Below, piece by piece: positions 51,404-60,674 of a stretch of DNA of 64,000 nt. Below the pieces are notes generated by a model. The model was given only the letters and a program-made list of their open reading frames with translations, was not told where the DNA came from and did not search any database. Both the position numbers and the translations under genes were made by a program. Source of the DNA: Ilumatobacteraceae bacterium (GTDB lineage Bacteria; Actinomycetota; Acidimicrobiia; Acidimicrobiales; Ilumatobacteraceae); assembly GCA_044867195.1 (NCBI GenBank), contig JBIOUO010000009.1:297-64296 (forward strand), given 5' to 3'. Position 1 is the first letter of the stretch. Each line of letters opens with the position of its first letter.

Positions 51404-54166
51404 GTGAGTCACCAGTCGCAGCAGACCTTGACGTTCTTCTTCACGGACATGGACGACAGCACGCGCCTGTGGAGCGACTTCGAGGCCGCCATGCCGGAGG
51501 TCATCGAGCGCCACGATGCGCTGCTGACCGCACCGATCGAGGCGGAGGGCGGCGCCGTCGTCAAGCACACCGGGGACGGGATCAACGCCGTGTTCACCGA
51601 TCCACGAGCGGCCGTGCGGGCCGCTGTGCAGGCGCAGATCGCGTTCAGAGGGGCCGACTGGTCGCCGCTGCCGCGGCTGGCCATTCGCATCGGGATCCAC
51701 ACCGGAGAGGCGCTCGAGCGGGCCGGCGACTACCTCGGCATCTCCCTCAACCACGCGGCCCGATTGCGTGATGCCGGTCACGGCGGGCAGATCCTCGTGT
51801 CGACGCCGGTCGCGGAGCGACTGGCTGCCGATCCGGATGACGAGATCGGGGCGACCGATCTCGGCAGCCACCGGTTGCGTGGGCTTCCCGGCCGGCATCG
51901 CATCTACCAGATCCGCCACCCCAAGCTGGTCGGCCGGTTCGCCGCCCTGCGCACACTCGACGCGGCCGCACCGCTGAGCGTGCCGGCGACCTCGTTCAAC
52001 GGCCGCGCCGGGGAGCTCGCCGAGCTGTCGGGCCTGCTCGAGCACGCCCACACGGTGACCGTGATCGGCCCGGCCGGCGCGGGCAAGACCCGCTTGGCTG
52101 TCGAGGTGGGCGTGGAGATCGGGCATCGCTTCCGCGATGGGGTGCGGATGATCGACCTCGCCCGTGTCGAGCCGTCCGATGTCGCGTCGGCCATCGCCGC
52201 GGGGCTGGGCATCGTCCGCCGCAGTCGCAAGTCGTACGCGGAGAGCGTCGTCGACTGGCTCAACCGCAAGCGGTTGCTCGTCGTCATCGACAACTGTGAC
52301 CACGTCCTCGAAACGGTCGGCGCGCTGCTGCACGACGCCGCCGCGGTCGCGAGGGGAGTCACGTTCCTGTGCACGAGCCGCCAGCCGTTGGGCGTCGCCG
52401 GTGAGATCCTGTTCACCGTCAAGCCGCTGAGCATCCCACCCGCGACAGAGGCGGGTGAGCGTGTCGCCGGCTATCCAGCCGTCCAGCTCTTCGCCGAGCG
52501 GGCAGCGGCCGCGCGGTACGGATTCCAGCCCTCGACCGACCAGCTGCAGATCATCGCCCGCATCTGCCGCAAGCTCGACGGAATCCCGCTCGCCCTCGAG
52601 CTGGCCGCCGCGCGCGTCCGCTCGATGAGCCTGGACGACATCGCCCGGCACCTCGAGCCCACGTCGCCCCTGCTGGCGGCGTCTTGGGCCGACCATCCGC
52701 ATCACAGCACCTGGCTCGCCACCATCGAATGGTCCTACGAGCTGCTCGCCGACGAGACACGGCATGTCTTCGCCCGGATGTCGGTGTTCAGCGGCTCATG
52801 CACGGTCGAGTCAGCCCGCGCCGTGTGCACGCGCAGTGGCTCGGAGCGAGAGGTGATCGCCGCGCTCGCCGATCTGGCCGATCGCTCACTGCTGGTCGTC
52901 GACCTCGATCAGTCCGACAGCCGCTATCGGATGCTGTCGACGCTCCGCGACTTCGCCGCCGACAAGCTCGCCGAGATGGGCGACGGCGACGAGTGCCGCG
53001 ATCGGCACTGCCGGTTCTACGTCGAGTTGGCGGAGACGGCCGGAGAGCGCCTGTTCACGAACGCCGAGGTGCGCTGGGCCGAGCAGCTGTCGGCCGACTT
53101 CGGCAACCTCCAGGCTGCCCACGCATGGGCGCTGCAGCGCGGCGATCTGGATCTCGACGTCCGTCTGCTGCTGGCACTGTGGAACTACGGCTTGCAGCGA
53201 CTCTCACCCGAGTACTTCCGCTGGGTCGAGGAAGCGATGGTGGTGTTGCCGCTCGAGACCCATGCCAGAGCACCCGAGCTGTGCGGGATCGCCGCGCTCG
53301 GTGCATGGCTCCGCGGCGACTCGCGTGAGTGCGCACGGCTGTGCCGAGCAGCGTTCGACGCCGAGGAGGCAACCGGCTCGGGCGTGACGATGCCGGCGCG
53401 CATGGCGGCGATCGTGGTCTCCTCGTACGCCCCGGACACCACCGATCCGGCCGTCGCCGAGCTGGCGATCGAGGCCGGGTCGCGCTTCCTCGAGACCGTC
53501 GAGTGGTGCCGGACCTCCGGAAGCGCGTTCTGGCTTGGATACAGCTTCGTCACCGGCTCGGCGGGGCGGGCGATGGCCGGCGACACCGATCGTGCCGTGC
53601 TGCTCGCTGGTCGCGCCCTCGACGCGGCCAAGGCGTCGGGATGCTCGACCTCACTCGCGTGGGCGCAGCTTGCGCTGGCGTTGGCGTTGCAGCAACGCGA
53701 ACCGGGCCGCGCTGAGGAGCTGCTCGACGAGAGCGTGCGCACGGCGCGTGCCGTCGAGAGTCGGCTCGTGCTCGGGATCTCGCTGTCGCTCCTGGCGGTG
53801 CTGCGGCGCCGGCTGATGCGTCCCCTGGACGCGATCCCGTCGCTGCTCGAGCTGCTCGATCAGTCGGACCGCCTCGGCAACCGCCCGCAGGCGTGGCACG
53901 CGGTGCGTGAGACGGCGATGTGCCTCGGGGTGCTCGGGGTCAGCGACGTCGCCACGACGCTGCTGGCGTCCGTCGACGGCGCCGACCTCGTGATGCCCCT
54001 GCTGCCGGGCGACGGGGCGCATCTGTCGATGCTGGTGGCGGGATTCCAGCAGCGCCTCGGCCCGGACGGGTACGCGCGGGCGTGGGCCACGGGCGCCGGG
54101 CTCGACCGCCGGGCGGCGCTGGCCCTTGCCCGCTCGGCGCTCGCCGACGCCCAACCCGAAGGCTGA
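51404..54166 (+). CDS. class III adenylate/guanylate cyclase fused to a P-loop (NB-ARC-like) ATPase and TPR-like repeats
   Basis: In-frame part of ORF 50036..54166, from GTG 51404, which is preceded by AGGGAG. Contains TFFFTDMDDSTRLW, KHTGDGINAVF and IGIHTGEA (cyclase), then VIGPAGAGKTRLA (Walker A), LLVVIDNCDH (Walker B) and a helical repeat C-terminus. No HTH at the end. Confidence 0.9.
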   Translation: MSHQSQQTLTFFFTDMDDSTRLWSDFEAAMPEVIERHDALLTAPIEAEGGAVVKHTGDGINAVFTDPRAAVRAAVQAQIAFRGADWSPLPRLAIRIGIHTGEALERAGDYLGISLNHAARLRDAGHGGQILVSTPVAERLAADPDDEIGATDLGSHRLRGLPGRHRIYQIRHPKLVGRFAALRTLDAAAPLSVPATSFNGRAGELAELSGLLEHAHTVTVIGPAGAGKTRLAVEVGVEIGHRFRDGVRMIDLARVEPSDVASAIAAGLGIVRRSRKSYAESVVDWLNRKRLLVVIDNCDHVLETVGALLHDAAAVARGVTFLCTSRQPLGVAGEILFTVKPLSIPPATEAGERVAGYPAVQLFAERAAAARYGFQPSTDQLQIIARICRKLDGIPLALELAAARVRSMSLDDIARHLEPTSPLLAASWADHPHHSTWLATIEWSYELLADETRHVFARMSVFSGSCTVESARAVCTRSGSEREVIAALADLADRSLLVVDLDQSDSRYRMLSTLRDFAADKLAEMGDGDECRDRHCRFYVELAETAGERLFTNAEVRWAEQLSADFGNLQAAHAWALQRGDLDLDVRLLLALWNYGLQRLSPEYFRWVEEAMVVLPLETHARAPELCGIAALGAWLRGDSRECARLCRAAFDAEEATGSGVTMPARMAAIVVSSYAPDTTDPAVAELAIEAGSRFLETVEWCRTSGSAFWLGYSFVTGSAGRAMAGDTDRAVLLAGRALDAAKASGCSTSLAWAQLALALALQQREPGRAEELLDESVRTARAVESRLVLGISLSLLAVLRRRLMRPLDAIPSLLELLDQSDRLGNRPQAWHAVRETAMCLGVLGVSDVATTLLASVDGADLVMPLLPGDGAHLSMLVAGFQQRLGPDGYARAWATGAGLDRRAALALARSALADAQPEG

Positions 54167-54172
54167 TCCGGC

Positions 54173-54613
54173 ATGGCGGTGGTGATGACGGCTGGCGAGG
54201 TGCGCGAGTTCCTGATGGTGGGGACGCGCACCGGCAAGCTGGCGTGGACCGCGTCGAGCGGTCAGCCGCACGTCGCTCCGATCTGGTTCGTGGTCGACGA
54301 CGGCGCATCGGACCTGGAGGTGGTGTTCAACACCGGCAAGGAGACGGCGAAGGGTCGCGCCCTGGCGCGCGACCCGCGTGTCGCGCTGCTCGTCGACGAC
54401 GAGCGACCGCCGTTCGCGTTCGTCAAGCTGACCGGCCAGGTGGCGATCAGCGAGGACCTGGCGGAGGTCGCCCGCTGGGCGACGCGCATCGGTGGCCGGT
54501 ACATGGGCGCCGAGCGGGCCGAGGAGTTCGGACGCCGCAACGGCGTGCCGGGGGAGCTACTGGTGCGGCTCCGCCCGGCACGGGTCCTCGCGTTGCGCGC
54601 GATCGCCGACTGA
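54173..54613 (+). CDS. PPOX-class (pyridoxamine 5'-phosphate oxidase-like) probable F420-dependent enzyme
   Basis: 146 aa with TGKLAWTASSGQPHVAPIWF and DPRVALLVDDERPPFAFVKLTGQV. Confidence 0.85.
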   Translation: MAVVMTAGEVREFLMVGTRTGKLAWTASSGQPHVAPIWFVVDDGASDLEVVFNTGKETAKGRALARDPRVALLVDDERPPFAFVKLTGQVAISEDLAEVARWATRIGGRYMGAERAEEFGRRNGVPGELLVRLRPARVLALRAIAD

Positions 54614-54623
54614 CGGCGATGGG

Positions 54624-57224
54624 TCAGGCCGGGACGGCCGCCTTGAAGAACTCGCGCAGCGCCTCGGCCATCTCGGCGCGGATGCTGGCACCGGACAGGA
54701 CCACGCCGACCATCGTCGGCGAGGTGTGCGTGTGACCGCGCGCAGTGGTCCACCGCACATGCACCCCGTCGGCCTCCATCGCCTTGGCATAGGCGATGCC
54801 CTCGTCGCGCAGCGGGTCGAACTCGCATGCCACCACGAACGCCGGCGGCAGTGCGGACAGGTCGGCGGCGCGCAGCGGCGACACCCGGGGATCGGAGCGG
54901 GCGGCCGGATCGGCGTAGTGGTCCCAGAACCACCTCATCAACGCGGCGGTCAGGATGTAGCCGTCGGCGTTGTCGATGTACGACGGGCGCGTCATGTCGG
55001 CGTCGGTCACCGGGGTCAGCAGGACCTGGCCGACGATGTCGGGCCCACCGGCGTCACGCGCCCGCTGGCAGGCGACCGCCGCCAGGTTCGCACCGGCGCT
55101 CCAGCCGGCGACGGCCAGCTCGCCGGGAATGCCGCCCAGCTCCTGGACGTGGGCGGCGACCCACTTGACGGCAGCGAACGCGTCGTCGGCGGCGGCGGGG
55201 AAGCGGTGCTCGGGTGCGTGGCGGTAGTCGACCGATACCACGACCGCGTCGGCCCGCACGCACAGGTCGCGGCACAGCGGTTCGTCGGACTGCTTGTCAC
55301 CGAGCACCCAGCCGCCGCCGTGGAAGTAGACGACGATCGGGTGCGGCCCCGGCGCAGTCGGCGGGCGGTAAAGGCGGTACTCGAGGTGGCCGGCCGGGCC
55401 GGGGAGTTCGCCGTCGACGATCTCGCCGACCTCCGGTCCCGGCGGGCGGGCAGCGTTGAGCTCGGTGGTCAAGGCGCGAGCCTCGGCCGGGCTCAGCGTC
55501 TCGATCAGTGGCAGGTCGAGCTCGGCCATCGCGGTGAGCACGGCGAACACGTCCGGCTGCAGGCGGCGGATCACCCCGTCGGCGCACTGGGTGCCGTTCG
55601 GCCCGGACAGCTGAAAGCCGAGGTAGCCGCGTTCCACGACCTCCTCGCACGTCGCCCGGTACACGTCGACGCCGCCGACGTAGGGCAGGAACACGCGCGG
55701 CTTGCCGGGCACGTTGGCCCCCATGTACCACGAGTTGGCCACCGGGAACAGCGTGATGTCGGCGCAGTCGTGGACGTGCTGGTCCCACCCGCTCTCGGCG
55801 GTGTGCGTCGGCTCGATGCGGTCGAAGCCGTGGTCGCGCAGGTGGGCCAAGCAGTCGGCGACCCAGTCGACGTGCTGCTCGATCGACACCGACATGTTGG
55901 ACAGCACCGACGGGCTGCCAGGACCGGTGATCATGAACAGGTTCGGGAACCCGACGGTCATCAGCCCGAGATAGGTGTGCGGACCGTGGGCCCACTTGCG
56001 CTTCAGCGTGAGCCCGTGGCGCCCGGTGACGTCGACGGATACCAGCGCGCCGGTCATCGCGTCGAAGCCGGTGGCATAGACGATCGCATCGACCTCGAAC
56101 GACTCGTCGATGGTGTCGATCCCGGTCTCCGTGATCGAGGTGATCGGGTGCTTGCGCAGGTTGACGAGGCGGACGTGGGGCTGGTTGAACGTGGCGTAGT
56201 AGTCGGTGTCGAGACACATCCGCTTGGTCATCATCGGGTAGTCGCGCGGGCACAGCGCCTCGGCGGTCTCCCGGTCGTCGACGATGTCGCGGATCTTCTC
56301 CCGGATCATCTCCGAGATCGTGTCGTTCGCCTCGCGGTTGGTGAGCAGGTCGGCGAAGCGGGCGCCGAACGCCAGCAGGTGCCCCTCCTGCCACGCCTCC
56401 TCGAACCGGCGCCGTCGCTCGTCCTCGGACAGCACGGCGACGGTCTCCATGGCGATCGGCATCGTCACGCCGGCCATCGACCGCTTCGCCGACTGGCGAT
56501 AGGTGTCTCGGTCCTCGGCGAGCTGAGCCAGCCGGTCGGCCGGCGCCGGGCCGTTGCGGGCCGGGATCGAGAAGTTCGGCGTGCGCTGGAACACGACCAG
56601 CTGCGACGCCTGCTTGGCGATCAGCGGGATCGACTGGATGCCCGACGAGCCGGTGCCGATCACGGCTACGCGCTTGGCGCTGAAGTCGACGCCCTCGTGG
56701 GGCCAGCCGCTCGTGTAGTACACGTCGCCGGAGAACCGATCGGTCCCGGCGATGTCGGGCTCCTTCGGCTGCGACAGGCACCCGGTCGCCATGATGTACC
56801 AGCGGCACGACAGGCGGTCGCCGGCGTCCGTGGTGATCGTCCAGCGGGAGGCGGCGTCGTCCCAGGTCGCTGCTGCAACCCGCGTCGAGAAGCGGATGTC
56901 CGGACGGAGGTCGTACTTGTCGGCCACGAACTGGAGGTAGCAGAGGATCTCGGGCTGGGCGGCGTACTTCTCCGACCACGTCCACTCGGACTCCAGCTCG
57001 GGATCGAACGAGAACGTGTAGTCGGTGGTCGGGATGTCGCAGCGGGCACCGGGATAGCGGTTCCAGTACCACGTCCCGCCGACGTCGTCGGCCGATTCGA
57101 GGACCTTCGTCGACAAGCCGAGCTGGCGCAGCCGGTGGAGCATGTACAGCCCGGAGAACCCGGCGCCGACGACCACCGCGTCCAGCTCGTCGACCGATCC
57201 GTTCCCGTCGCGTCCTGCAGTCAT
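54624..57224 (-). CDS. Baeyer-Villiger (flavin-containing) monooxygenase fused to a C-terminal HSL-family alpha/beta-hydrolase (esterase)
   Basis: ORF 54624..57356, from ATG 57222-57224. N-terminal ~545 aa: [63 protein letters not shown] and ATGFDAMTG (PAMO/CHMO-like). C-terminal ~310 aa: [25 protein letters not shown] (GxSxG) and DPLRDEG. Confidence 0.9.
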   Translation of the reverse strand: MTAGRDGNGSVDELDAVVVGAGFSGLYMLHRLRQLGLSTKVLESADDVGGTWYWNRYPGARCDIPTTDYTFSFDPELESEWTWSEKYAAQPEILCYLQFVADKYDLRPDIRFSTRVAAATWDDAASRWTITTDAGDRLSCRWYIMATGCLSQPKEPDIAGTDRFSGDVYYTSGWPHEGVDFSAKRVAVIGTGSSGIQSIPLIAKQASQLVVFQRTPNFSIPARNGPAPADRLAQLAEDRDTYRQSAKRSMAGVTMPIAMETVAVLSEDERRRRFEEAWQEGHLLAFGARFADLLTNREANDTISEMIREKIRDIVDDRETAEALCPRDYPMMTKRMCLDTDYYATFNQPHVRLVNLRKHPITSITETGIDTIDESFEVDAIVYATGFDAMTGALVSVDVTGRHGLTLKRKWAHGPHTYLGLMTVGFPNLFMITGPGSPSVLSNMSVSIEQHVDWVADCLAHLRDHGFDRIEPTHTAESGWDQHVHDCADITLFPVANSWYMGANVPGKPRVFLPYVGGVDVYRATCEEVVERGYLGFQLSGPNGTQCADGVIRRLQPDVFAVLTAMAELDLPLIETLSPAEARALTTELNAARPPGPEVGEIVDGELPGPAGHLEYRLYRPPTAPGPHPIVVYFHGGGWVLGDKQSDEPLCRDLCVRADAVVVSVDYRHAPEHRFPAAADDAFAAVKWVAAHVQELGGIPGELAVAGWSAGANLAAVACQRARDAGGPDIVGQVLLTPVTDADMTRPSYIDNADGYILTAALMRWFWDHYADPAARSDPRVSPLRAADLSALPPAFVVACEFDPLRDEGIAYAKAMEADGVHVRWTTARGHTHTSPTMVGVVLSGASIRAEMAEALREFFKAAVPA

Positions 57225-57368
57225 CAGCGAACCCCCTGTGGTCTCGTGCGACTTGTCCGTCGCGGCCGTACCCAGTGTCGTCGCCAGGCCAACGCCGATG
57301 CCAACGCAGCGCTCCACTACGTTGACGGCGCGAGCGGGGCAGGTCGAGGGGAGCAAGGGAGGTCAGCG

Positions 57369-58604
57369 ATGCCCGAGCCGACGGGAGAGGCGACGACCGT
57401 GCGCGGTGAGCACCACGGCTGCCCGGTCATCGCCATCGACTACCGCGAGAACCGGCCCGCGCACTGGACGCACCAGAGCCTCAACGAGGTGCGCGAGCTG
57501 GCGCCGATCACGTGGAACGAGCTGCCCCGGGGCTTCTGGATGGTCAACCGCTATGACGACGTGCGGGAGGCACTGCAGGACCAGGTGACGTTCACCAACG
57601 AGGTCACGAGCACGCTCGGCGACCCGTCGATGAAGGTCCGCCTGCTGCCGCAGAACCTGAACGGGCTGGAGCACACGCAGTACCGCCAGGTGCTCAACCC
57701 ATGGTTCTCGCCGGGCAGCTGCGACCGCACGATGCCGCTGGCCCGGCGCCGGGCAATCGAGCTGATCGAGGAGCTGGCGCCACGGGGTCAGTGCGACATG
57801 ACGCACGACTTCGCCATGCTCTTCGCCACCGAGGTCTTCCTCGCCCACCTCGGGCTGCCGACCGAGGACGGTCCGTATCTCCTGCCGCTCGTCGAGGCGA
57901 TGTTCCGCGGCTTCTTCGGCGAGGACGCCGCCGAGCAGGCGGCCACCGTCGCCGAGCTGTACCGCTACTACCAGGCCAAGATCGACGACCGCATCGCCAA
58001 CCCTGGTGACGTCACCACCGACTTCATCACCTACGTGATGCAGGCCCAGGCCGGAGGGGAGCCACTGCCGCCGGAGGACGCCCGGACGCTGTGCTTCACG
58101 ATCATGCTCGCCGGGCTCGACACCACCCGCTCGGCGCTCGGCTACATCTTCCAGCACCTCGCCACCCACGACGACGACCGCCGGCTGCTGGCCGCCAACC
58201 CCCAGCGCATCCCCGACGCGGTGGAGGAGTTCCTGCGCCTGTACACGCTCGTGTTCCAGGACGGCCGCTACGTGTCGCAGGACATCGATCTCCACGGCTG
58301 CCCGATCAAGCAGGGCGACATCGTCTGGCTCGGGCTGGCGTCCGCCAACCGCGACCCCCGCCAGTTCGACCGCCCCGACGAGTTCGTCGCCGACCGGTCG
58401 CCGAACAAGCACCTCGGGTTCGGGGCCGGCGCCCACCGCTGCCTCGGATCACACCTCGCGCGCAAGGAGCTCGCCCTCGTGCTCGAAGAGTGGTTGAAGC
58501 GGATCCCCGAGTTCCGCATCGCCACCGACGAGCCGCTCGTCGAGCGCGGCGGCCAGCTGATGCTGCTCAACGTCCCCCTGGCCTGGGACGTCCGCGGCTC
58601 CTGA
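57369..58604 (+). CDS. cytochrome P450
   Basis: In-frame part of ORF 54492..58604, from ATG 57369. Contains AGLDTT (I-helix), EEFLR (ExxR) and FGAGAHRCLGSHLA (heme Cys loop). 411 aa. Confidence 0.92.
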   Translation: MPEPTGEATTVRGEHHGCPVIAIDYRENRPAHWTHQSLNEVRELAPITWNELPRGFWMVNRYDDVREALQDQVTFTNEVTSTLGDPSMKVRLLPQNLNGLEHTQYRQVLNPWFSPGSCDRTMPLARRRAIELIEELAPRGQCDMTHDFAMLFATEVFLAHLGLPTEDGPYLLPLVEAMFRGFFGEDAAEQAATVAELYRYYQAKIDDRIANPGDVTTDFITYVMQAQAGGEPLPPEDARTLCFTIMLAGLDTTRSALGYIFQHLATHDDDRRLLAANPQRIPDAVEEFLRLYTLVFQDGRYVSQDIDLHGCPIKQGDIVWLGLASANRDPRQFDRPDEFVADRSPNKHLGFGAGAHRCLGSHLARKELALVLEEWLKRIPEFRIATDEPLVERGGQLMLLNVPLAWDVRGS

Positions 58605-58685
58605 CATTGGAGGGTTTCCGCCGATGGAGTGTTTGCTCGGGGAGGGCCCCCGCCGAAACCCTCCAACGGCGGAAACCCTCCAATG
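58605..58685. repeat. nested palindromic intergenic element, family B copy 2 (putative bidirectional terminator)
   Basis: Perfect 18-bp outer stem CATTGGAGGGTTTCCGCC (58605-58622) / GGCGGAAACCCTCCAATG (58668-58685). The inner part GGAGTGTTTGCTCGGGGAGGGCCCCCGCCGAAACCCTCC is related to 20344-20385. It fills the gap between convergent stops (58604 and 58692). Confidence 0.85.
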
Positions 58686-58691
58686 GGTCGG

Positions 58692-59699
58692 TCATGACGG
58701 GGGGTGCCAGCGGCCGCGCTTCTCCAACTCCGGGAGGACCTCGGTGGCGAAGAGCTCGAGGCTGGTGGACCCGAGCGCTGGGTCGAGGCCGCCCATCAGC
58801 GGGTGCAGTGTCAGCTCGACGTCCGGGTCGAGGCCCTCGATGTAGGCGATCGCGTCGGCCGGCGTGAGGACCTGGAAGCTCGGGCTCGCCTTCAGCTCGG
58901 CGACGTCCGACACCGGCGGGTACGGCGTCGCTCCCACGCCACGCTCCTTGGCCCACTCGGCGTTGGCGTTGCTGGTGTACATCACGTGCGGGGCGACGAC
59001 GTCCCAGTCGCGCTCCGGGTCCTCGCTGATGAACAGGAACAGCGGGCCCTTGGCGACGGGCCGAGCGGGGACCGGCTTGCCGAGCCGCTCGAGTTCGGCG
59101 ACATACGTGTCGAACAGCTGCGGCAGGGCGGGCATGAAGTTGTCGCCGATGCGCGCCGCCCGCACGGCCGACGCCTCCGTCGAGCCGCCGATGTAGATCG
59201 GCGGGCGCGGCTTCTGCACCGGCGCCGGCAGGATCGTCACCGTCTGGCTCTCGTACTCGAACGGCTCGCCGGTCCACGCCTGCTCGAGGATGCCGATCGT
59301 GCGCTCCAGGATCGGCACTCGCTGCTTGCGGTCGATGCCGAACAGGTCGTACTCGAGCTGGCGGTAGCCGATGCCGAGCGTCATCTCGACCCGCCCACCG
59401 CTGATCACGTCGAGCACGGCGAGATCCTCGGCGAGGCGGATCGGGTTGTGCAGCACGGCGATGATCGCCGAGAAGTGGACCCGCATCCGCGCCGTCGACC
59501 CGAGGATCGCGCCGGCGAGCACCATCGGCGACGGGCAGTAGCCGTCGTCGGCGCCGTGGTGCTCGGCGAGGTACACCGTGTCGAAGCCGACGTTGTCGGC
59601 GAACGCGCACTGCTCGACGACGGCGGGATACAGCTCGGCGGCGGGCGCGCCGATCGAGGGCGCGCGCATGTCGTAGCGAAGAGAGAGCCGGATCCCCAT
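58692..59699 (-). CDS. LLM-class flavin/F420-dependent oxidoreductase
   Basis: In-frame part of ORF 58692..60434, from ATG 59697-59699: MGIRLSLRYDMR...FDTVYLAEHHG...GGRVEMTLGIGY. 335 aa. Confidence 0.85.
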   Translation of the reverse strand: MGIRLSLRYDMRAPSIGAPAAELYPAVVEQCAFADNVGFDTVYLAEHHGADDGYCPSPMVLAGAILGSTARMRVHFSAIIAVLHNPIRLAEDLAVLDVISGGRVEMTLGIGYRQLEYDLFGIDRKQRVPILERTIGILEQAWTGEPFEYESQTVTILPAPVQKPRPPIYIGGSTEASAVRAARIGDNFMPALPQLFDTYVAELERLGKPVPARPVAKGPLFLFISEDPERDWDVVAPHVMYTSNANAEWAKERGVGATPYPPVSDVAELKASPSFQVLTPADAIAYIEGLDPDVELTLHPLMGGLDPALGSTSLELFATEVLPELEKRGRWHPPS

Positions 59700-59761
59700 G
59701 GTCGAGCACCCTACGCCGCACCATGAATTCGCCGAGCAAGCTCTGGTTGCGAGGCGAAACG

Positions 59762-60520
59762 TCAGATCGACGTGTAGCCGCCGTCGACGGCGAGCGCGGC
59801 GCCGGTGATGAACGAGGCGTCCGGTGACAGCAGGAAGGCGATCGCGCCGGCGATCTCGGCCGGCATCGCCAGCCGGTCCTGGGGCGGCCGGACCCAGCTC
59901 GCGGCCACAGGCGCCTCTCGCGTCGACGGGCCCGATAGGGCAGCCGTGTTCGCCATCAACCCGGTCTGCACCTTGCCCGGGCACACGCAGTTGGCGCGCA
60001 CGCCGCGGTCGGCGTACTCGGCGGCGACGGCGCGCGTCAGCTGCAGCACACCGCCCTTGGACGCGTCGTAGCTCGGCGCCGGACCGGCGGCGACGAGCGA
60101 CGCCACCGACCCGATCGTCACGATCGCCCCGCCGCCGGCGGCCACGAGGTGGGGGATGGCGTGCTTGATCGTGAGGAACGTGCCGGTGAGGTTGATTCGC
60201 AGCACCAGCTCCCACTCCTCGAGCGACGTCAGGTGGGTGTCGCTGGCGCGTGCGATCCCGGCGGCGGCGACGACGCCGTCCAAACCTCCGAACGCGTCGA
60301 CCGCGGCGTCGACCGCTGCGGCGACCGACGCCTCGTCGGTCACGTCGGCGACGAGGCCGAGACCGGGCACGGGCAGGCGTCCGGCGACCTCGTCGGCCGC
60401 GCCGGGACGGGTGTCGAGCACCGCCACCTGCCACCCGTCGGCCGCCAGCCGCTCGGCTGCCGCGGCGCCGATGCCGCTGCCACCACCTGTCACGAGCGCT
60501 CTACGCACCACCGCCTCCAT
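59762..60520 (-). CDS. SDR-family oxidoreductase
   Basis: 252 aa with TGGGSGIGAA (cofactor motif), the SYDASKGG (YxxxK) catalytic region and a PG motif. Confidence 0.9.
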   Translation of the reverse strand: MEAVVRRALVTGGGSGIGAAAAERLAADGWQVAVLDTRPGAADEVAGRLPVPGLGLVADVTDEASVAAAVDAAVDAFGGLDGVVAAAGIARASDTHLTSLEEWELVLRINLTGTFLTIKHAIPHLVAAGGGAIVTIGSVASLVAAGPAPSYDASKGGVLQLTRAVAAEYADRGVRANCVCPGKVQTGLMANTAALSGPSTREAPVAASWVRPPQDRLAMPAEIAGAIAFLLSPDASFITGAALAVDGGYTSI

Positions 60521-60553
60521 CGGTGAGGATGATGGCAGGCCGCCGAAAGCGAA

Positions 60554-60571
60554 AATTCATCGGGATGAATT
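60554..60571. promoter_or_regulatory. AT-rich palindrome AATTCATC-GG-GATGAATT in a divergent promoter region (candidate operator)
   Basis: An 8-2-8 perfect inverted repeat, read directly. It lies in the locally low-GC stretch between the SDR start (60520) and the substrate-binding-protein start (60675). Confidence 0.45.
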
Positions 60572-60674
60572 CTGGACAACGGCCGGCGGTTCTGCAGTAA
60601 GTTGTCGCCGAGCGCCAGGGCAGGTCCTGGACGCATGCGCCGACGGGGGTCGGCTGGACAAGGGGGGGAACCCG

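Noticed and set aside
54492-57368. 959-codon upstream extension of the P450 ORF (54492..58604)
   Set aside because: It is antisense to the BVMO-esterase gene and its composition is low-complexity Arg/Gly/Val/Asp. The P450 N-terminus fits ATG 57369.
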